Positions 8,166 to 11,047 of a stretch of DNA of 11,047 nucleotides are shown here, one piece after another. Where the stretch lies: assembly GCF_006345805.1 (NCBI RefSeq), contig NW_021827018.1, positions 1 through 11,047 on the forward strand, given 5' to 3'. Positions within the stretch are counted from its first letter, which is position 1. Each line of letters begins with the position of its first letter. Both the position numbers and the translations under genes were made by a program. This DNA comes from Octopus sinensis (taxonomy: Eukaryota). The notes under the pieces are model-generated. The model made no database searches. It saw only the letters and a program-made list of their open reading frames with translations, and was not told the origin of the DNA.

Positions 8166-8205
8166 TCCTTTCTGTCGAAGAGCGTAGGCTCGAAACGTAA
8201 AAGGA
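8166..8205 (+). ncRNA. Minimal type I hammerhead-ribozyme motif with a variant core
   Basis: Stem I UCCUUU/AAAGGA (6 bp); core CUGUCGA plus an extra A; stem II GAGC-GUAG-GCUC; GAA; palindromic ACGU stem III; predicted cleavage after GUA at 8199. Confidence 0.75.
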
Positions 8206-8349
8206 CTCTCTCACTTCCTGAGCGTTAAACAATACATCTGTTTGTTGTTTACACAACCGTCTTCGTATTATGTTTTGTTATTTTGTTTTTGTAAATTCTC
8301 ACTATAATATATATTAGTGTATTAGTTTAACGCTCAGGAAGTGAGAGAG

Positions 8350-8388
8350 TCCTTTACGTTTCGAGCCTACGCTCTTCGACAGAAAGGA
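8350..8388 (-). ncRNA. Second copy of the minimal hammerhead motif, on the minus strand
   Basis: The reverse complement reads TCCTTTCTGTCGAAGAGCGTAGGCTCGAAACGTAAAGGA, one A shorter in the stem I 3' strand. Confidence 0.65.
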
Positions 8389-8471
8389 ACACAGAATAAC
8401 AGGGAGAGAAAATAGAAAATTGTTTAGTGGCTAGCGATTAATCATGGCGAAATTTATATATATATATATAT

Positions 8472-8506
<35 letters not shown>

Positions 8507-8923
8507 CACCACATACATACATACACACACACACATATATAAATTTATTTAATATTATATCGAATTTAAAATAATCAATGTAATGTTCTAGCAAAATGCT
8601 GGAGCTGTCAAATTTTCAAAGTTGAAGAATTTTTATCACTTGAATGGCAGTGGTTTCCTGCATTAATATAAACGAATATTTGTTTTAGAAATTCCTAAGA
8701 AACTGTTTTTTTTTTTCCAAGTAAATCGCTTATATTAGCTATATATGCAACGAAATCATTTAATAAATATTAATAAATTATGTATCTGCACCAACTCCCT
8801 GCTTCGTATAATTGCAGGGCAAGCAATCATTATGCCGGTAGTCATAATGTGCCTGTAAGTGCGCTCGGTGCAGGTTCATGGATGTATGTGTAAGAGCATA
8901 TATACGTGCATACATACCTACAT

Positions 8924-8959
<36 letters not shown>

Positions 8960-9020
8960 TATATATATATATGTATATATATATATTTATGTACATAAAT
9001 ATATACATATATAATTATAG

Positions 9021-9347
9021 GTAAGTGGGTTTCGAAAGGGGTATCGGAGAGAAGCGTCCCTGCCTTCCTGGGCTAGTTTTCCACCACCCTTCTTAAAAAT
9101 CTTGGTAGTGGGACTTGGTTCTGGGACCACTCATGTCTAGAACCTGAGGTTGGGGGTAAGCAAGAATATGCTTCCCGTAGAAAAACCAGCTCCAAAAAAG
9201 CCTCATGATAACAAAGGACAATGGGCGCTAGGCAGCCAACCCAAAGTTTGGGGTGAGCTGCACCTGCCTACATCAGTTGCTATGACACTGAGGTAGATCT
9301 GCCCACCTGGATTTAAAACCCTGAATGATGATGAGGATGATGATGAT
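9021..9347 (+). mobile_element. Diverged SINE/retroposon, family D, with an RTE-type (GAT)n tail
   Basis: GC-richer block ending GGATTTAAAACCCTGAATGATGATGAGGATGATGATGAT; (GAT)n tails are typical of RTE-mobilised SINEs. The family is not identified. Confidence 0.5.
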
Positions 9348-9380
9348 ACACAGGCACATACACACACACATATATATATA

Positions 9381-9497
9381 AGAAGGAGTTTTTAAAATGT
9401 TCCTGTCTTTGGTTAAAAGAAAATACAGCTATACCAGGTAATTATGATTTTATTCAACATATTTCCCTCTCAGATACAAACACTTCTTGCGGTAGTC
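9381..9497 (-). mobile_element. Mariner-family transposon/MITE 3' end
   Basis: Minus strand 9497-9450 reads DYRKKCLYLRGKYVE*, resembling the mariner transposase C-terminus (R..KC....G.YVE), followed by about 70 bp of TIR-like sequence ending at TA (9379-9380). Confidence 0.55.
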
Positions 9498-9560
9498 CTT
9501 TGTCTGTCCTTGTTTGTCACCTCTCTGTTTAGCCCCTTGTGGGTAGTAAAGAAATAAGAA
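9497..9560 (+). mobile_element. Family B SINE extreme 3' fragment
   Basis: CCTTTGTCTGTCCTTGTTTGTCACCTCTCTGTTTAGCCCCTTGTGGGTAGTAAAGAAATAAGAA matches 7816-7871. Confidence 0.8.
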
Positions 9561-10339
9561 ACAGCTTGGTACGATGATATAGAGCTCATAAAGAACAGAA
9601 AAAAATATTGAAGTCTTCAAGTGTTGGCAGGATATTCTAGATATGCAAGTACCAAATCCAATTTATGAGCATAGACCCGACTTACTCGCTGAACTTTACT
9701 GTGGCGTACGTATAAAGAAAAATAAACACTAATGCTCGTATTTACTTATATGTATGTATGTATTCGTCGTCAAGCAGTCGGGGACAAGTTCAAGAATATT
9801 GTAGTTTATTTATGTAGAATATTGTATAGTTAGTGGCTTTTGAGAACCTTAAATCGATAAGTTCGGTGACGTCTAAGCAGCATAGAAGAGGTTTAATAAG
9901 GTTGAAATATGAACAGAATTGTCTTTCACACTTGCTGGTATAATTAAGAAAAGTAGTTACTGATTAATCTCGTATTTTCTTCACCACAGAAAAGTTTTTA
10001 ATTACGTGTCACTGCATTAGATATGTCAGCACTAAATAAATACATTTGAAAGTTCAGCATACAGGACGCAAAACGTGTTGCAAGTACGTCATTCATCGTT
10101 TCAAAGTTTATTGCCATTCTGAATTTTCAAACAGAGAGGCACATATACTTACATCTGTAGTTACATAGACATATGTCCACATTCATAAACAAAAACTTAC
10201 ACAGAAATATAGTTGCATGCGCAAACATATCCATACATAAAATTCAATGTATGGGTCGTGTGTGTGTGTGTGTGAGAGTATTTATACGTATGTGCATGTG
10301 GCTGACGTTTTCTTCGTGTATGCATGATTGCATATATAT

Positions 10340-10390
10340 GCATACATACACACACACACATATATATATATATATATTATATATATATTA

Positions 10391-10437
<47 letters not shown>

Positions 10438-10829
10438 TATATACACGAAAATACTCAGCTGCACATACACAATCATATAGATATACACACACAGATATGT
10501 ATGTATATACACACGTATCTACACATATATGTACATAACCTATATTTTACATTCAACATACGGAACTCATTTAAAATCATACATACATACATATACATAC
10601 ATAAATACATATATATATTTTTTTTGTGTACATATATACATATATATATATACACATATTTCTATATATGTATGTATGTATATATATACATATATATATG
10701 TATATATATATGGTTCCAGCCGCATCTTCATACAATAAACCACCATCTGCATTTCCCTAACCCTATCTTTCCTCTCCTTCTTTAACCTCCACCCATCTAT
10801 TCCCATCTCTTTCTACACAAATATACGTG

Positions 10830-10884
<55 letters not shown>

Positions 10885-10960
10885 GATATGTTTTTATACA
10901 TTGTATATATATTTACACATATATATTTACACACATACACATACAGACACACAAACACAC
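10340..10960. repeat. Compound (TA)n/(TACA)n/(CA)n low-complexity tract with a short unique pyrimidine-rich island
   Basis: Directly visible runs at about 10340-10710 and 10830-10960. Confidence 0.9.
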
Positions 10961-11047
10961 ATTTAGAAAGCAAATATATCAAGAGAGCTTCCATATTGAA
11001 AGGGAATTTCAAATGTAAATAAAATAAATTGAACCAAGTCCTTCCCT

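Larger units (their letters stand above)
8099..8455. repeat. Inverted duplication (arms 8099-8236 and 8318-8455, 81-bp spacer) flanked by (TA)n; probable Penelope-like element terminal repeats
   Basis: The ~138-bp arms align with no substitutions and six 1-nt indels. Each arm has a hammerhead fold, and hammerheads in terminal repeats are an established PLE feature. Confidence 0.9.

Noticed and set aside
1887-11018. Many ORFs rich in YI/HT/CV/MY repeats (e.g. 2523-2810, 7859-8116, 10324-10785)
   Set aside because: They are translations of (TA)n, (TACA)n and (CA)n microsatellites that happen to lack stops; there is no protein signal.

Overview
Gene-free, AT-rich, microsatellite-dense eukaryotic DNA made almost entirely of nested transposable-element remains. 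The mix of tRNA-derived SINEs and (TA)n/(TACA)n runs suggests an octopus/cephalopod genome (inference from recalled repeat families, not a search). In order: a decayed LINE ORF1-like (CCHC zinc knuckle) segment with a 104-bp tandem duplication and three related 3' stem-loops; several tRNA-SINEs; an 84-bp near-perfect palindrome centred on (TA)n; an uninterrupted Penelope-like GIY-YIG endonuclease frame; a CR1-like RT fragment; a decayed Tc1 (DD34E spacing) transposon carrying two nested SINEs with TSDs; a complete 397-bp non-autonomous Helitron; a mariner end; and a 138-bp inverted duplication in which each arm carries a minimal type I hammerhead-ribozyme fold with a variant core (CUGUCGA). 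No host exon could be supported, and most six-frame ORFs are microsatellite artefacts. All alignments and translations were done by eye.
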